From Anaerolineae bacterium (GTDB lineage Bacteria > Chloroflexota > Anaerolineae > S140-20): DNA of 64,000 nucleotides. The stretch covers positions 32,001-96,000 of the forward strand of contig JALUTT010000077.1 of assembly GCA_027021705.1 (NCBI GenBank), written 5' to 3'. Shown one piece after another: positions 1-8,009 of this stretch. Every line of letters starts with the position of its first letter. The stretch's first letter is position 1. Under the pieces are notes generated by a model that was not told the DNA's origin, searched no databases, and saw nothing but the letters and a program-made list of their open reading frames with translations. The position numbers were made by a program, and so were the translations under genes.

Positions 1-516
1 GGCCTCATCGCCGCCCTGGTCGCTGCCCTGGCCCAGGAGATGGCCCGCTACGGCCTCTACCGCTTTTTCTTGCGAGATGTGCGAGCCGGGCGGGAGGCGT
101 TGATGGTAGGGGCCGGCCACGGCGGCGCCGAGATGGTGATCATCGGGCTCCTTCTGCTGCTGACCCTGTTTCAGTTCCTCTCCTTCCGAAATGCTGATCT
201 GACGATGCTGGACCTGTCTCCCGAAGAGCAGGACCAGATTCGTCAAATTGTGGCCGATTTCTGGACGACACCCTGGTTTGTCCCCCTTCTCCGGCTGCTC
301 CATCAGCTCCTCATCGCTCCCTTTCACCTGGTGGCCTCCCTCTTCGTGATGTGGTCGGTGACCCAGCGGCGCTGGGATTACCTGGCGGGGATGGTGGGAT
401 TGCACTTGCTGCTCTACCTGAGCCAAGGGCTTGGCCCCATCAGTGCCCTGACGGTAGCCGGTCTCTTCGCCGCAGGGAGTCTTGCCTACCTGCGTCATCA
501 CTGGTCGGCTTTCTGA
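1..516 (+). CDS. YhfC/PrsW-like intramembrane protease family protein (5' partial)
   Basis: Frame is open from base 1. Hydrophobic protein with AQEMARY, GAGHGGAE and late His motifs typical of the YhfC family. Confidence 0.65.
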   Translation, partial: GLIAALVAALAQEMARYGLYRFFLRDVRAGREALMVGAGHGGAEMVIIGLLLLLTLFQFLSFRNADLTMLDLSPEEQDQIRQIVADFWTTPWFVPLLRLLHQLLIAPFHLVASLFVMWSVTQRRWDYLAGMVGLHLLLYLSQGLGPISALTVAGLFAAGSLAYLRHHWSAF

Positions 517-542
517 GGTTTCACGTGAAACCTCGCGGTGTG

Positions 543-638
543 CCCTCCCGCAGGTTCCCCCCGGCCCGAAGCGCGTTATCGGTAGCCTCCGATAAGCCAT
601 GGCGGTCGCCGGGCCCCGCGGGACCTGCGGGAGGGTGA
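543..638. repeat. Degenerate member of repeat family A (outer stem only)
   Basis: ccctcccgcaggt (543-555) and acctgcgggaggg (623-635) match the outer stem of the copies at 17085, 23434 and 58924-59448. The interior differs. Confidence 0.7.
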
Positions 639-653
639 GCGAGTTGATCGTAG

Positions 654-682
654 TTGACAGGACGGTCATTCCGTGGTAGAAT
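654..682 (+). promoter_or_regulatory. sigma70-type promoter
   Basis: TTGACA(654-659)-17 bp-TAGAAT(677-682) with extended TG. Confidence 0.8.
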
Positions 683-737
683 TCTATGCGTAGGACGCAG
701 TAAGTTCCCTGGTACGGCTGTACATACAAAGTGCAAG

Positions 738-773
738 ACCGCTCAGGCGACTTACTCGCCTGAGCGGTTTCTT
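738..773 (+). terminator. Intrinsic terminator-like hairpin in the slyD leader
   Basis: 13-bp stem accgctcaggcga/tcgcctgagcggt followed by ttctt. Confidence 0.65.
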
Positions 774-927
774 ATCCGGGTGGGACTCCCTGCGTTCCTG
801 GCCGATTTCCGTCTTCGTTAGCACGCCTGAGCCGAGGGTCGGCGTGATGAGAGACGCGATCCTGAGGGGAGAAGTATATCCTGGGCGCTGTGCGTGCTAA
901 CCCGTTTTTTTTCTTAAGGAGGGTAGA

Positions 928-1404
928 GTGACAGATCCACAAACCGTTCAAGATGACGTCGTCGTCAGCCTGGAGTACACGGTTCGGCTGAACGATGGCA
1001 GCATCGTTGACAGCTCTGTAGGGCGAGAGCCTTTGCAGTTCCTGCAGGGCCACGGCCAGGTAATCGAGGGATTGGAGCAAGAGATCCACGGAATGCGTGT
1101 GGGTGAGACCAAGAAGTTCGTCGTGACCGCCGCCAGGGCTTACGGCGAGCGCATCCCTGAAGCAATGGAGTGGGTGCCCCGTGCGGCCTTCCCGGCAGGC
1201 ATGGACCTGGAGCCCGGGATGGGCTTCCGACTGCAGACCGCCTCGGGCGAGAGCATCGTCGCCTATGTGCGGGAAGTATTGCCCGATCGAGTGCTGATGG
1301 ACTTCAACCATCCCCTGGCAGGGGAGGACCTTCACTTCGAGGTGACGATCACAGGGTTGCGTGCGGCAACCTCCGAGGAACTCGCTCACGGCCACGTCCA
1401 CTGA
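928..1404 (+). CDS. slyD: FKBP-type peptidyl-prolyl isomerase SlyD
   Basis: PLQFLQGHGQVIEGLE, DFNHPLAG and EELAHGHVH motifs; AAGGAGG RBS. Confidence 0.93.
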   Translation: MTDPQTVQDDVVVSLEYTVRLNDGSIVDSSVGREPLQFLQGHGQVIEGLEQEIHGMRVGETKKFVVTAARAYGERIPEAMEWVPRAAFPAGMDLEPGMGFRLQTASGESIVAYVREVLPDRVLMDFNHPLAGEDLHFEVTITGLRAATSEELAHGHVH

Positions 1405-1540
1405 GCCAGGAGATCGAAGCGGCATCTCTCTGGTGTGTGAGCCTGCACGCCCATCGAATCGGCAGGGTGTAAGGATCTCCACCAGGATGCAAAGTGCTAA
1501 CGTCAGTCTTGTTTGAATTTTCAACTAAGGGGGTTAAGCT

Positions 1541-1756
1541 ATGTTTGGCGAGCGCATCACCGGAACCGTCAAGTGGTTCGACGAGAAGAAGGGCTACGGC
1601 TTCATCCAGCGGGATGACGGCCAACGCGATGTCTTCGTCCACTTCACGGCAATCCAGGCTCAGGGCTTTCGGAAGTTGCTCGAAGGTGATCGGGTAGAGT
1701 TCAGCGTTGAACAGGACCCACGGGGCCCCAAAGCTGTGAACGTCGTCCGACTCTGA
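1541..1756 (+). CDS. csp: Cold-shock protein (CspA family)
   Basis: GTVKWF..KGYGFI..DVFVHF RNP motifs. Confidence 0.96.
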   Translation: MFGERITGTVKWFDEKKGYGFIQRDDGQRDVFVHFTAIQAQGFRKLLEGDRVEFSVEQDPRGPKAVNVVRL

Positions 1757-1787
1757 GTTCAGAAGTTCCGTAACCAGTTTAAATCGA

Positions 1788-1820
1788 AAGGCCGCCTCCT
1801 CCAGCAGGGGGCGGCCTTCC
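1788..1820 (+). terminator. Terminator hairpin after csp
   Basis: aaggccgcc...ggcggcctt stem. Confidence 0.6.
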
Positions 1821-1964
1821 TGTATCGGCCCCTTGAGAGGCTTGAAGATGCTTCTGAAAGGGTAGCGGTTGCCTTTCAGGACCGCTTTCCAGACCTCGGA
1901 AATCTCCAGAATTAAGGCATTGACGAGCCCTGTAGGATGACGGGGGGGCGGAGGGGCTGAAGAC

Positions 1965-1992
1965 TTGTCAAAGTGGGAAACTGTGGTAGAAT
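1965..1992 (+). promoter_or_regulatory. tRNA-Lys promoter
   Basis: TTGTCA-16 bp-TAGAAT with extended TG, 16 nt upstream of the tRNA. Confidence 0.65.
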
Positions 1993-2008
1993 ATTAAGCG
2001 CTCCGGTT

Positions 2009-2082
2009 GGCCCGCTAGCTCAATTTGGCAGAGCAGGGGACTCTTAATCCCTTGGTTGCAGGTTCGAGTCCTGCGCGGGTCA
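2009..2082 (+). tRNA. tRNA-Lys (anticodon CTT)
   Basis: Cloverleaf: GGCCCGC/GCGGGTC acceptor stem, TAGCTCAATTTGGCAGAGC D arm, CTCTTAA anticodon loop, GGTTCGAGTCC T arm. CCA is not fully encoded. Confidence 0.95.
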
Positions 2083-2085
2083 CCT
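2041..2085 (+). repeat. attL core (45 bp)
   Basis: ctcttaatcccttggttgcaggttcgagtcctgcgcgggtcacct, identical to 14589-14633. Confidence 0.95.
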
Positions 2086-2117
2086 GTAAACGCACCCTAA
2101 CCCGAAAGGGGGTGCCT

Positions 2118-2366
2118 ATGCCCAGACGGGTAGCTACCCTGGTGGACTGGGCTTTTGCCCCTGACTGGCTCACCGTCGAGAAGGCCGCCGAACTAACCGG
2201 CTACACCGAGGACTTCATCCGCTGGCTGATCCAGGATGGGGGCGTAGAAGTGAAGCAACAAGGCGATACGTGGCTCATCGAGAAGGCCAGTCTGCGTGAG
2301 TACCGGGACGCACTGCTGGAAACGCTCCAGTTGCAGCGTGACCTGGGGCTTGAGTCCGATGACTGA
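2118..2366 (+). CDS. Excisionase-like HTH (HTH_17/MerR-type) DNA-binding protein 1
   Basis: WLTVEKAAELTGYTEDFIRWLIQDG..WLIEKASL; the ORF-track start at 2025 lies inside the tRNA, so ATG 2118 is preferred. Confidence 0.75.
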   Translation: MPRRVATLVDWAFAPDWLTVEKAAELTGYTEDFIRWLIQDGGVEVKQQGDTWLIEKASLREYRDALLETLQLQRDLGLESDD

Positions 2367-2389
2367 GCCGGTGTAGCGCTGCACCCCAG

Positions 2390-2420
2390 GCCCCACCATC
2401 GGCAGGTGGGGCTTTGCTTT
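2390..2420 (+). terminator. Terminator after HTH1
   Basis: gccccacc/ggtggggc stem followed by tttgcttt. Confidence 0.6.
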
Positions 2421-2467
2421 GTCTCGGAAAACGCTCCCCCCGGCCTTCCTGAAAGGGGGAGGACGGA

Positions 2468-2660
2468 GCGAAAAAAATTTTCCCCAGAAAAGTACCTATG
2501 GGTCCCCTGACTGGTGACACTGGTGACACTGGTGACACCGAGAAACTTAAGCGTAAATGTTTCCTTTATAAAGTGTCTTCTCCCAGGAGAAAGCCTGTCA
2601 CCAGTTGACACAAAAACTGGTGACAGGACTGGTGACACCGGTGACAAAACCGGTGACAAG
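2468..2660 (+). repeat. Iteron-rich long inverted repeat, left copy (putative ori/recombination locus)
   Basis: Multiple (ct)ggtgaca repeats plus AT-rich segments; near-identical in reverse complement to 13173-13350. Confidence 0.9.
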
Positions 2661-2706
2661 ACCGGGAGGAGAGCCATCACCGGCCTTCACCCTTTGTACC
2701 CTGGAA

Positions 2707-2742
2707 AAGCCTTCAAAGTCTTCAAAGCCTTCAAAGCCTTCA
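2707..2742 (+). repeat. 4 x 9-bp tandem repeat aagccttca
   Basis: aagccttca aagtcttca aagccttca aagccttca directly upstream of HTH2. Confidence 0.9.
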
Positions 2743-2758
2743 CCGGCCGTTGGCTGCA

Positions 2759-2992
2759 ATGGGCAAAGACTTCGACCCGACCGAATGGATCACCACCAAA
2801 GAGGCTGCCGAGTTGACGGGGTACCACGTTGTCCATATCCGTCGGCTTGCGAAAGCTGGCCGTATCAGGGGGATAAAGCGTGGACGCGATTGGTGGGTAG
2901 AGCGCGAGAGTGTACAGGCTTACGTTGAGGAGATGGAGCGGTTGGGCTCCGCCAAGCATGATCCTCGGCGGGTAGGCGTCCGTCAGAGATGA
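2759..2992 (+). CDS. Excisionase-like HTH protein 2
   Basis: WITTKEAAELTGYHVVHIRRLAKAGRIRGIKRGRDWWV; alternative start at 2750. Confidence 0.8.
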   Translation: MGKDFDPTEWITTKEAAELTGYHVVHIRRLAKAGRIRGIKRGRDWWVERESVQAYVEEMERLGSAKHDPRRVGVRQR

Positions 2993-2993
2993 G

Positions 2994-3022
2994 TTGACAC
3001 CCTCTTTTTTTTGTGGTATACT
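2994..3022 (+). promoter_or_regulatory. sigma70 promoter of the element's main operon (T8 tract in spacer)
   Basis: TTGACA-17 bp-TATACT with extended TG. Confidence 0.8.
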
Positions 3023-3108
3023 GTGTTCGCACGGGAACGGTCCTATCCCGTTTCTTTTTCCGGCTAAGTTAGTTCTCCAGAGAACACACACCAGCGAGGG
3101 AAATAGCG

Positions 3109-3330
3109 ATGTACTTGGGATACTGGGCAGAAGAGGTTTACCCCCGCCCGCTGGAGGACGATGGGCTTTGTGGGGAATGCGGCCGGCGACCGGCATCCTG
3201 GGGTGATTGGTTGTGCCCTCGGTGCCGCCGGCGGCTGGAGGAATCCCTGGCCCCGGATGCCGACGATACCGTCCAGAATGCCCCTGAGAGGCCCCAGGAG
3301 GCCCCAGGAGCGGCTTTTTCGGCAGAATAG
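3109..3330 (+). CDS. Small zinc-finger-like hypothetical protein
   Basis: CGEC...CPRC; GAGG-type RBS upstream; in operon order. Confidence 0.55.
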   Translation: MYLGYWAEEVYPRPLEDDGLCGECGRRPASWGDWLCPRCRRRLEESLAPDADDTVQNAPERPQEAPGAAFSAE

Positions 3331-3341
3331 GAGGGAGAACC

Positions 3342-3593
3342 TTGAGCGAAGTCCTTGAGGGGTGGATTACGGCAGCCGAGGCCGCAGCCTTGACCGGTTA
3401 TACTGTCCCTCATATCCGTCGCCTGGCCCGCCAGGGCCGGATTGAGGCCCAGAAGGTGGGCCGAGACTGGCTGATCGGCCGGGAGAGCCTGCTGGCCTAC
3501 AAGCGGCAGATGGAGGCCCTGGGCTCCCAGAAACACAACCCCTGGCGGGAGGACCTGGGGCGGCAAGGACGACGGAGGAAGGCCGATGACTAA
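3342..3593 (+). CDS. Excisionase-like HTH protein 3
   Basis: WITAAEAAALTGYTVPHIRRLARQGRIEAQKVGRDWLI, clearly paralogous to HTH2; strong RBS. Confidence 0.8.
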   Translation: MSEVLEGWITAAEAAALTGYTVPHIRRLARQGRIEAQKVGRDWLIGRESLLAYKRQMEALGSQKHNPWREDLGRQGRRRKADD

Positions 3594-3984
3594 CTGGCAA
3601 CATCCCAGGAAGAAACTGATCTCGGCCGCTGCCGATGCTTATCAGCGGGGCTGGGGAAGCATCGGGGAGTTGGCCGAGAGCGCGGTCCGACGGCACTATA
3701 TGGGCAAGTCACCGGACCGTGCCCTCCGGCTTTTCGTCCGAGACCTGTACCGCGAGGTGGTCCGTCGAGGAGACCCAGAATTTCGGCAGATGGTTGAGAC
3801 CCTCCACGCCGAAGGTTGGGAGTATCTCCCGATGGACGGTGTGGGGATGCGAGGAATCTTTTTCCATCGCCCCACCGGTAACCAAGTGAACCGGATGGGT
3901 GGCCCCTTCGATTCGTTTGAGGAGGCCGTCAAGGCAACCTACTACAGCGCGACCAGAGAACTCTTGCAAGAGGGGAACCGATGA
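3586..3984 (+). CDS. Hypothetical protein
   Basis: Overlaps the stop and start of its neighbours (translational coupling). Confidence 0.6.
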   Translation: MTNWQHPRKKLISAAADAYQRGWGSIGELAESAVRRHYMGKSPDRALRLFVRDLYREVVRRGDPEFRQMVETLHAEGWEYLPMDGVGMRGIFFHRPTGNQVNRMGGPFDSFEEAVKATYYSATRELLQEGNR

Positions 3985-4250
3985 CCGATACCCAGATCAT
4001 CCGGCTCACCACCCCGCTCCCCTGTGGGGTGATGCGTGAGGGAAACCGATGTGGACGACCGGCCTATGTGGCTTCCGCTACGCCGGTGGCTATGTCCGAG
4101 GACCCGGAACCGGACAACGTTGTGGCCGATCTGGTGGCCCGGATGTACCGGGGGCACTGGCTCATCCTGCCGGTGTGTGTGCAGTGTGTGCGTGACCTGT
4201 CCGAACGCTACCAATTGGAGGTGTCCGATGAAGAAAGCGCGACGACTTGA
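3981..4250 (+). CDS. Hypothetical Cys-containing protein
   Basis: ATGA overlap with upstream gene; C..C and CVQC motifs. Confidence 0.55.
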   Translation: MTDTQIIRLTTPLPCGVMREGNRCGRPAYVASATPVAMSEDPEPDNVVADLVARMYRGHWLILPVCVQCVRDLSERYQLEVSDEESATT

Positions 4251-4962
4251 GATCATCCCGCTGGTCCTGTGGCTGACCCTGGCCCTGGCAATGGTCGGCT
4301 CCCTGACGCACACCGCCTGGGCCTTCGCCACCCTGGAGGACGGGAACCTGACCGCCGGCTACATCCAGGCGGTGGCGGTGGACCTGGGCCTCTTCGCCCT
4401 GGCGTTCAGCATCCAGAAGCGCCGGCGGCAACGTCGCCCGACCTGGACCCTCTGGGCCGGAGTTGGGCTGTTCAGCGGAATCTCCGCCTACGCCAACCTG
4501 TTGCACGGGCTGGCGTTCCAGGGCCGCTTGCCCCTGTCAGGGTGGACGTGGCTGGCCTCCCTGCGCCCGTTCATCCTGTCGGGCGTCCTCCCCCTGCTGG
4601 TGCTCTACCTCTCCGAGATCATCTCCTCCGACGTTCAGCACGCCGTCCAGCAGGCCGAGCGGGAGCGAAAGCGGGCCGAACGGCTGGCCGCCCGCCGGCC
4701 GTCAACTTCAGAGCAACCCAACGCCTTCCCCTACGACATCGAACAGGCCAGAACCCAAGCCCTGGAACGCCGGCGCCTTAGCAAGGACCAGGCTCTGGAA
4801 CGCCTCCTTGACTTCCTGGCCGACCACCCGGACGCAAGCCTCTCCGAAGCCGGGCGGCACATCGGACGAAGCAAGACCACCGTCTCCAACTACCTGAACG
4901 AACTGGAGGAGAGCGGGCGCATCCGGCGGAACGGCCAGGGAATCGAGGTGCTGGCGAGGTGA
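4228..4962 (+). CDS. Multi-TM protein with C-terminal winged HTH (SpdA/DUF2637-like spread protein)
   Basis: About four TM segments, then a coiled region and HPDASLSEAGRHIGRSKTTVSNYLNELE HTH; directly upstream of FtsK. Confidence 0.65.
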   Translation: MKKARRLEIIPLVLWLTLALAMVGSLTHTAWAFATLEDGNLTAGYIQAVAVDLGLFALAFSIQKRRRQRRPTWTLWAGVGLFSGISAYANLLHGLAFQGRLPLSGWTWLASLRPFILSGVLPLLVLYLSEIISSDVQHAVQQAERERKRAERLAARRPSTSEQPNAFPYDIEQARTQALERRRLSKDQALERLLDFLADHPDASLSEAGRHIGRSKTTVSNYLNELEESGRIRRNGQGIEVLAR

Positions 4963-5127
4963 ACGGAGGTCCGGGGGCAGGTGTGCAAACGGGCGTTGGC
5001 CCACCTGCCGGGGAAAGGAAACCGCCGGCAGGTCTTGGACCCACCGGCGGAAGGGAGATGCCCGCGCGAGAACGCGGACACCCCAAGTATACAGGAAACG
5101 GTGCGAGTTGACAAGGGGAGGTGCCCA

Positions 5128-6717
5128 ATGAGGCGAGAACGAGGACTAGCCGTCACCGTCTTGCTCATCGCTGCGTTGGCCGTCTTCAGCGGATGGCAGC
5201 TTGCAGGGGGCATCCGCGACATCATCACCCGCGACGAACTCCGGGAGGCCGCCCGGCTGGAGAACGAACACCGCGCCCGGATGGAACCCTGGCGACGGGC
5301 GGGGAAGATAGCCGCAGGCGTCATCGGCCTGCTCACCCTGGCCGGTCTGGGGAGTGCCCTCATCGTCTACGCCCACCGACGGGCCGGGGAGATTCGGCCC
5401 GGCCCTGACGGCCAGTTTCCCATCATCCGGGTCCGAGTGGGCGGCGCTACGGTCCTACACGACCCCAACCGGCAGTTGGCCCCCACCGTCGTCTACACCA
5501 CCCCCCGACTGGCCCAGAACGTGGTGGTGATGCCGGTACTTCCCCCCGGCCTGGAGACCGAGCAGGTGGCCACCACCGCCCGCGCCCAGGCCGTCCAACT
5601 GGCCTCGGCGGTCAACAAACATCGGCCGGTGCTGACCGATGGTGGCGCACCGACGCACCCCCAACCCCTGGAGGACCGCCGGCAGGCCCTGGAGGACGCC
5701 CTGGCCCCCCTCTGGCCTACCCGGGTGCCCCTCACCGGCCTACTCAACGGGAGCCCCGTCAGCCTGGAGCGGCTGGTGTTGGGGGTGACCGTCCGCGAGG
5801 ACGGGCGGACAGAGGTTGTCCGGGGCGGGATGAGCAAGCTGGTCCACGTCGCCGTCGGCGGGAGCTCGGGTTGGGGCAAGTCCAACTTCCTCCGCGCCCT
5901 GGCCTACCAACTGGTCCTGGCCCAAGAGCGGCCCGACCTGGTGATGATTGACCTGGAGGGGGCAACCCTGGCCCCTTTCAGCCGGTCGGACCGGCTGCTC
6001 TACCCCCTGGCCGACACCGAGGACGACGCCCTGGCCGTGCTCCAGGCCGTCAACGAGGAACTGGACCGGCGCAAGGCCCTCTTCGGCCGGTATCCCGGCA
6101 CCGACAGCCTGGCGGCCTACAATGCCAGGGCCGAGGAGCCCCTGGCCCCCGTGATCACGGTCACCGATGAGGCGACGGCCTTGCTGGGCGACAAGCGGGT
6201 CGAGAAAGCGCTGAAGACCCTGGCCTTGAGGGGGCGCAAGTACGGCCTCTGGCTGGTCTTGGCGGGGCAGGACTGGAAGGCCAGCAGCCTCGATACCGCC
6301 ATCAGGAACCAGCTTGCGACGCGCGTCCAGTTTAAGGCCCTCAGCTCTTCCCAGAGCCGGGTGCTCTTGGGGCAGCCGGGGGCCGAGAAGCTGGAGGATG
6401 TGCCGGGGCGGGCCTTGGCCGTGCTGCCGGGCCGTGGCCTGGTCAAAATCCAGGCCCCCCACATCAGCCCGGCCGAGATTGAGCGGGCGCTGGCCGGTCA
6501 CGACACCGGAGCACGGCGGAACGTGCCGCGACCTGAGATGGACACCCGAGCCGAGACCATCCGGCAACTGGCGGCCCAGGGGTTGAGCCTGCGCGAGATT
6601 CAACGTCGGGTGTTCGGCTACGTGGGGGGAGCCGCTTACGATGAGGTCAAGCGGGTTCTGGAGGGCGGTACTGAAGGCGATACAGGCGGTATTACTGTAC
6701 CGTCTGGGGCCGTCTAG
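5128..6717 (+). CDS. FtsK/SpoIIIE-family DNA translocase (TraB-like)
   Basis: Two N-terminal TM segments; HVAVGGSSGWGKS Walker A, MIDLEG, VTDEA Walker B, GRKYG..LAGQ, PGRA; C-terminal HTH-like end. Confidence 0.88.
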   Translation: MRRERGLAVTVLLIAALAVFSGWQLAGGIRDIITRDELREAARLENEHRARMEPWRRAGKIAAGVIGLLTLAGLGSALIVYAHRRAGEIRPGPDGQFPIIRVRVGGATVLHDPNRQLAPTVVYTTPRLAQNVVVMPVLPPGLETEQVATTARAQAVQLASAVNKHRPVLTDGGAPTHPQPLEDRRQALEDALAPLWPTRVPLTGLLNGSPVSLERLVLGVTVREDGRTEVVRGGMSKLVHVAVGGSSGWGKSNFLRALAYQLVLAQERPDLVMIDLEGATLAPFSRSDRLLYPLADTEDDALAVLQAVNEELDRRKALFGRYPGTDSLAAYNARAEEPLAPVITVTDEATALLGDKRVEKALKTLALRGRKYGLWLVLAGQDWKASSLDTAIRNQLATRVQFKALSSSQSRVLLGQPGAEKLEDVPGRALAVLPGRGLVKIQAPHISPAEIERALAGHDTGARRNVPRPEMDTRAETIRQLAAQGLSLREIQRRVFGYVGGAAYDEVKRVLEGGTEGDTGGITVPSGAV

Positions 6718-6801
6718 GGCGATACCCGGTACCGGTAATACCGCCGGTACTGTAATACCGCTTGTCCGGGGAGCGGATACACCGGATTCTGGACGGTGGC
6801 A

Positions 6802-6870
6802 ACGGTGACAAGTGACGGTGACAAGTGACGGTGACAAGTGACGGTGACCGGTGACACCTGTCACCGTCAC
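6802..6870 (+). repeat. 3.6 x 13-bp tandem repeat acggtgacaagtg plus ggtgaca/tgtcacc palindrome
   Basis: Read directly; same GGTGACA core as the two long inverted repeats. Confidence 0.9.
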
Positions 6871-6943
6871 CCGGCAGCTTATCAACCGCCTATGCGTCAA
6901 CTGCCTATGTGTTAACCACCGTCACCTGCGGAGGGAGGGGAAG

Positions 6944-7417
6944 ATGCTAAGCGAGGCGGACCTGGAACGATTCTTCCGGCGGATGTGGGAGGAGCAGCGT
7001 CGGGGGCGATACCTTCTCCCGGAGGACCCCAGGCGCACCCTCGCCCGCCGGGTTGAGCGGGCAGTCATCCAGAAGCTCATCGGGCGGGGGCACCGGGTGA
7101 GCAAGGCTGCCCCCAACGAGCACTGGGACCTCTGGGCCGACGGGATCAGGATTGAGGTCAAGGCGGCCACCTGGCACGGACGCTACCAGGCGAATCTGAG
7201 GGGGAACGACGCCGACGTGCTCATCCTCGGCTGCGTCAACGGGGATGTCCACTTCTTCGTCATCCCCTTCGACCGGCTGGAGGGCCGACGCCACGTTGCC
7301 ATCTGGTCGCCCGACCCGGCCCGCTACCTGGGCCGCTGGGCGCCCTTCTACGAAGCCTGGGAGTGGCTGGACGCCCTGGAGGTCCGCAATCCCTGGCAAC
7401 TCCCGCTGTTCCCCTAG
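6944..7417 (+). CDS. Putative PD-(D/E)xK nuclease-fold protein
   Basis: E...HWDLWADGIRIEVKAA resembles the D...ExK catalytic motif; RBS GGAGG. Confidence 0.55.
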   Translation: MLSEADLERFFRRMWEEQRRGRYLLPEDPRRTLARRVERAVIQKLIGRGHRVSKAAPNEHWDLWADGIRIEVKAATWHGRYQANLRGNDADVLILGCVNGDVHFFVIPFDRLEGRRHVAIWSPDPARYLGRWAPFYEAWEWLDALEVRNPWQLPLFP

Positions 7418-7469
7418 TTTCAATCCCCCATCAGGCGGGAGAGGGTTTGCGACTTGGAGGGATGAAGCT

Positions 7470-7730
7470 ATGCTGACAGAACAGGAACGAATCTTGGAGA
7501 CCCAGGAACAAGTCTTGGAGACCTTGGACCGACTTGCCTCCTTGGTTGAGCTTGCCAAGGAGGAAGCCGAGAGATATGACCCGTTCGGCCTTCTCGAAAC
7601 TCGGCTTCGGCAGATCGAGCAGACCGTTCAGACCGTGCGCGACTTGGCCGGGGTGGGCAAGAAGAGAACCCGACTTACGATCACCATCACCGACCGGCCG
7701 TGGCTGCCGGGGCTGCCCTGGCCGCTGTGA
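7470..7730 (+). CDS. Hypothetical coiled-coil protein
   Basis: RBS GGAGG upstream; heptad-rich sequence. Confidence 0.55.
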   Translation: MLTEQERILETQEQVLETLDRLASLVELAKEEAERYDPFGLLETRLRQIEQTVQTVRDLAGVGKKRTRLTITITDRPWLPGLPWPL

Positions 7731-7742
7731 GGGAGGGGCACG

Positions 7743-8009
7743 ATGACTACCCTGATCGCAGCGTACAACTCTGAGGGCTGCATTGGCCGTTGTGACGCCA
7801 AGTGCTACAACGCCACCGGCCCCGACTGCGAATGTATCTGCGGCGGCCTTAACCACGGCGCAGGGGTGGAAAAGGCGATGGAGAACACCCGCGAGCTGGC
7901 CGAGGAGTGGATGCGGCAGTGGCGCACGGAGCACCCGGACACGGAATACTTCCTGGTCCCGGCGGCGCAACTGTCCTTGTGGGGCCTTCTGGAGGAAGGG
8001 CGATGTTGA
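7743..8009 (+). CDS. Cys-rich putative zinc-binding protein
   Basis: CDAKCYNATGPDCECICGGLNHG; strong RBS. Confidence 0.65.
   Translation: MTTLIAAYNSEGCIGRCDAKCYNATGPDCECICGGLNHGAGVEKAMENTRELAEEWMRQWRTEHPDTEYFLVPAAQLSLWGLLEEGRC

Noticed and set aside
2025..2117. N-terminal extension of the HTH1 ORF
   Set aside because: Overlaps the tRNA; ATG 2118 has its own RBS
2510..2660. Short repeats as a CRISPR array (also 6802-6870 and 58924-59193)
   Set aside because: Units are 9-13 bp or whole tandem duplications without unique spacers, and no cas genes are present
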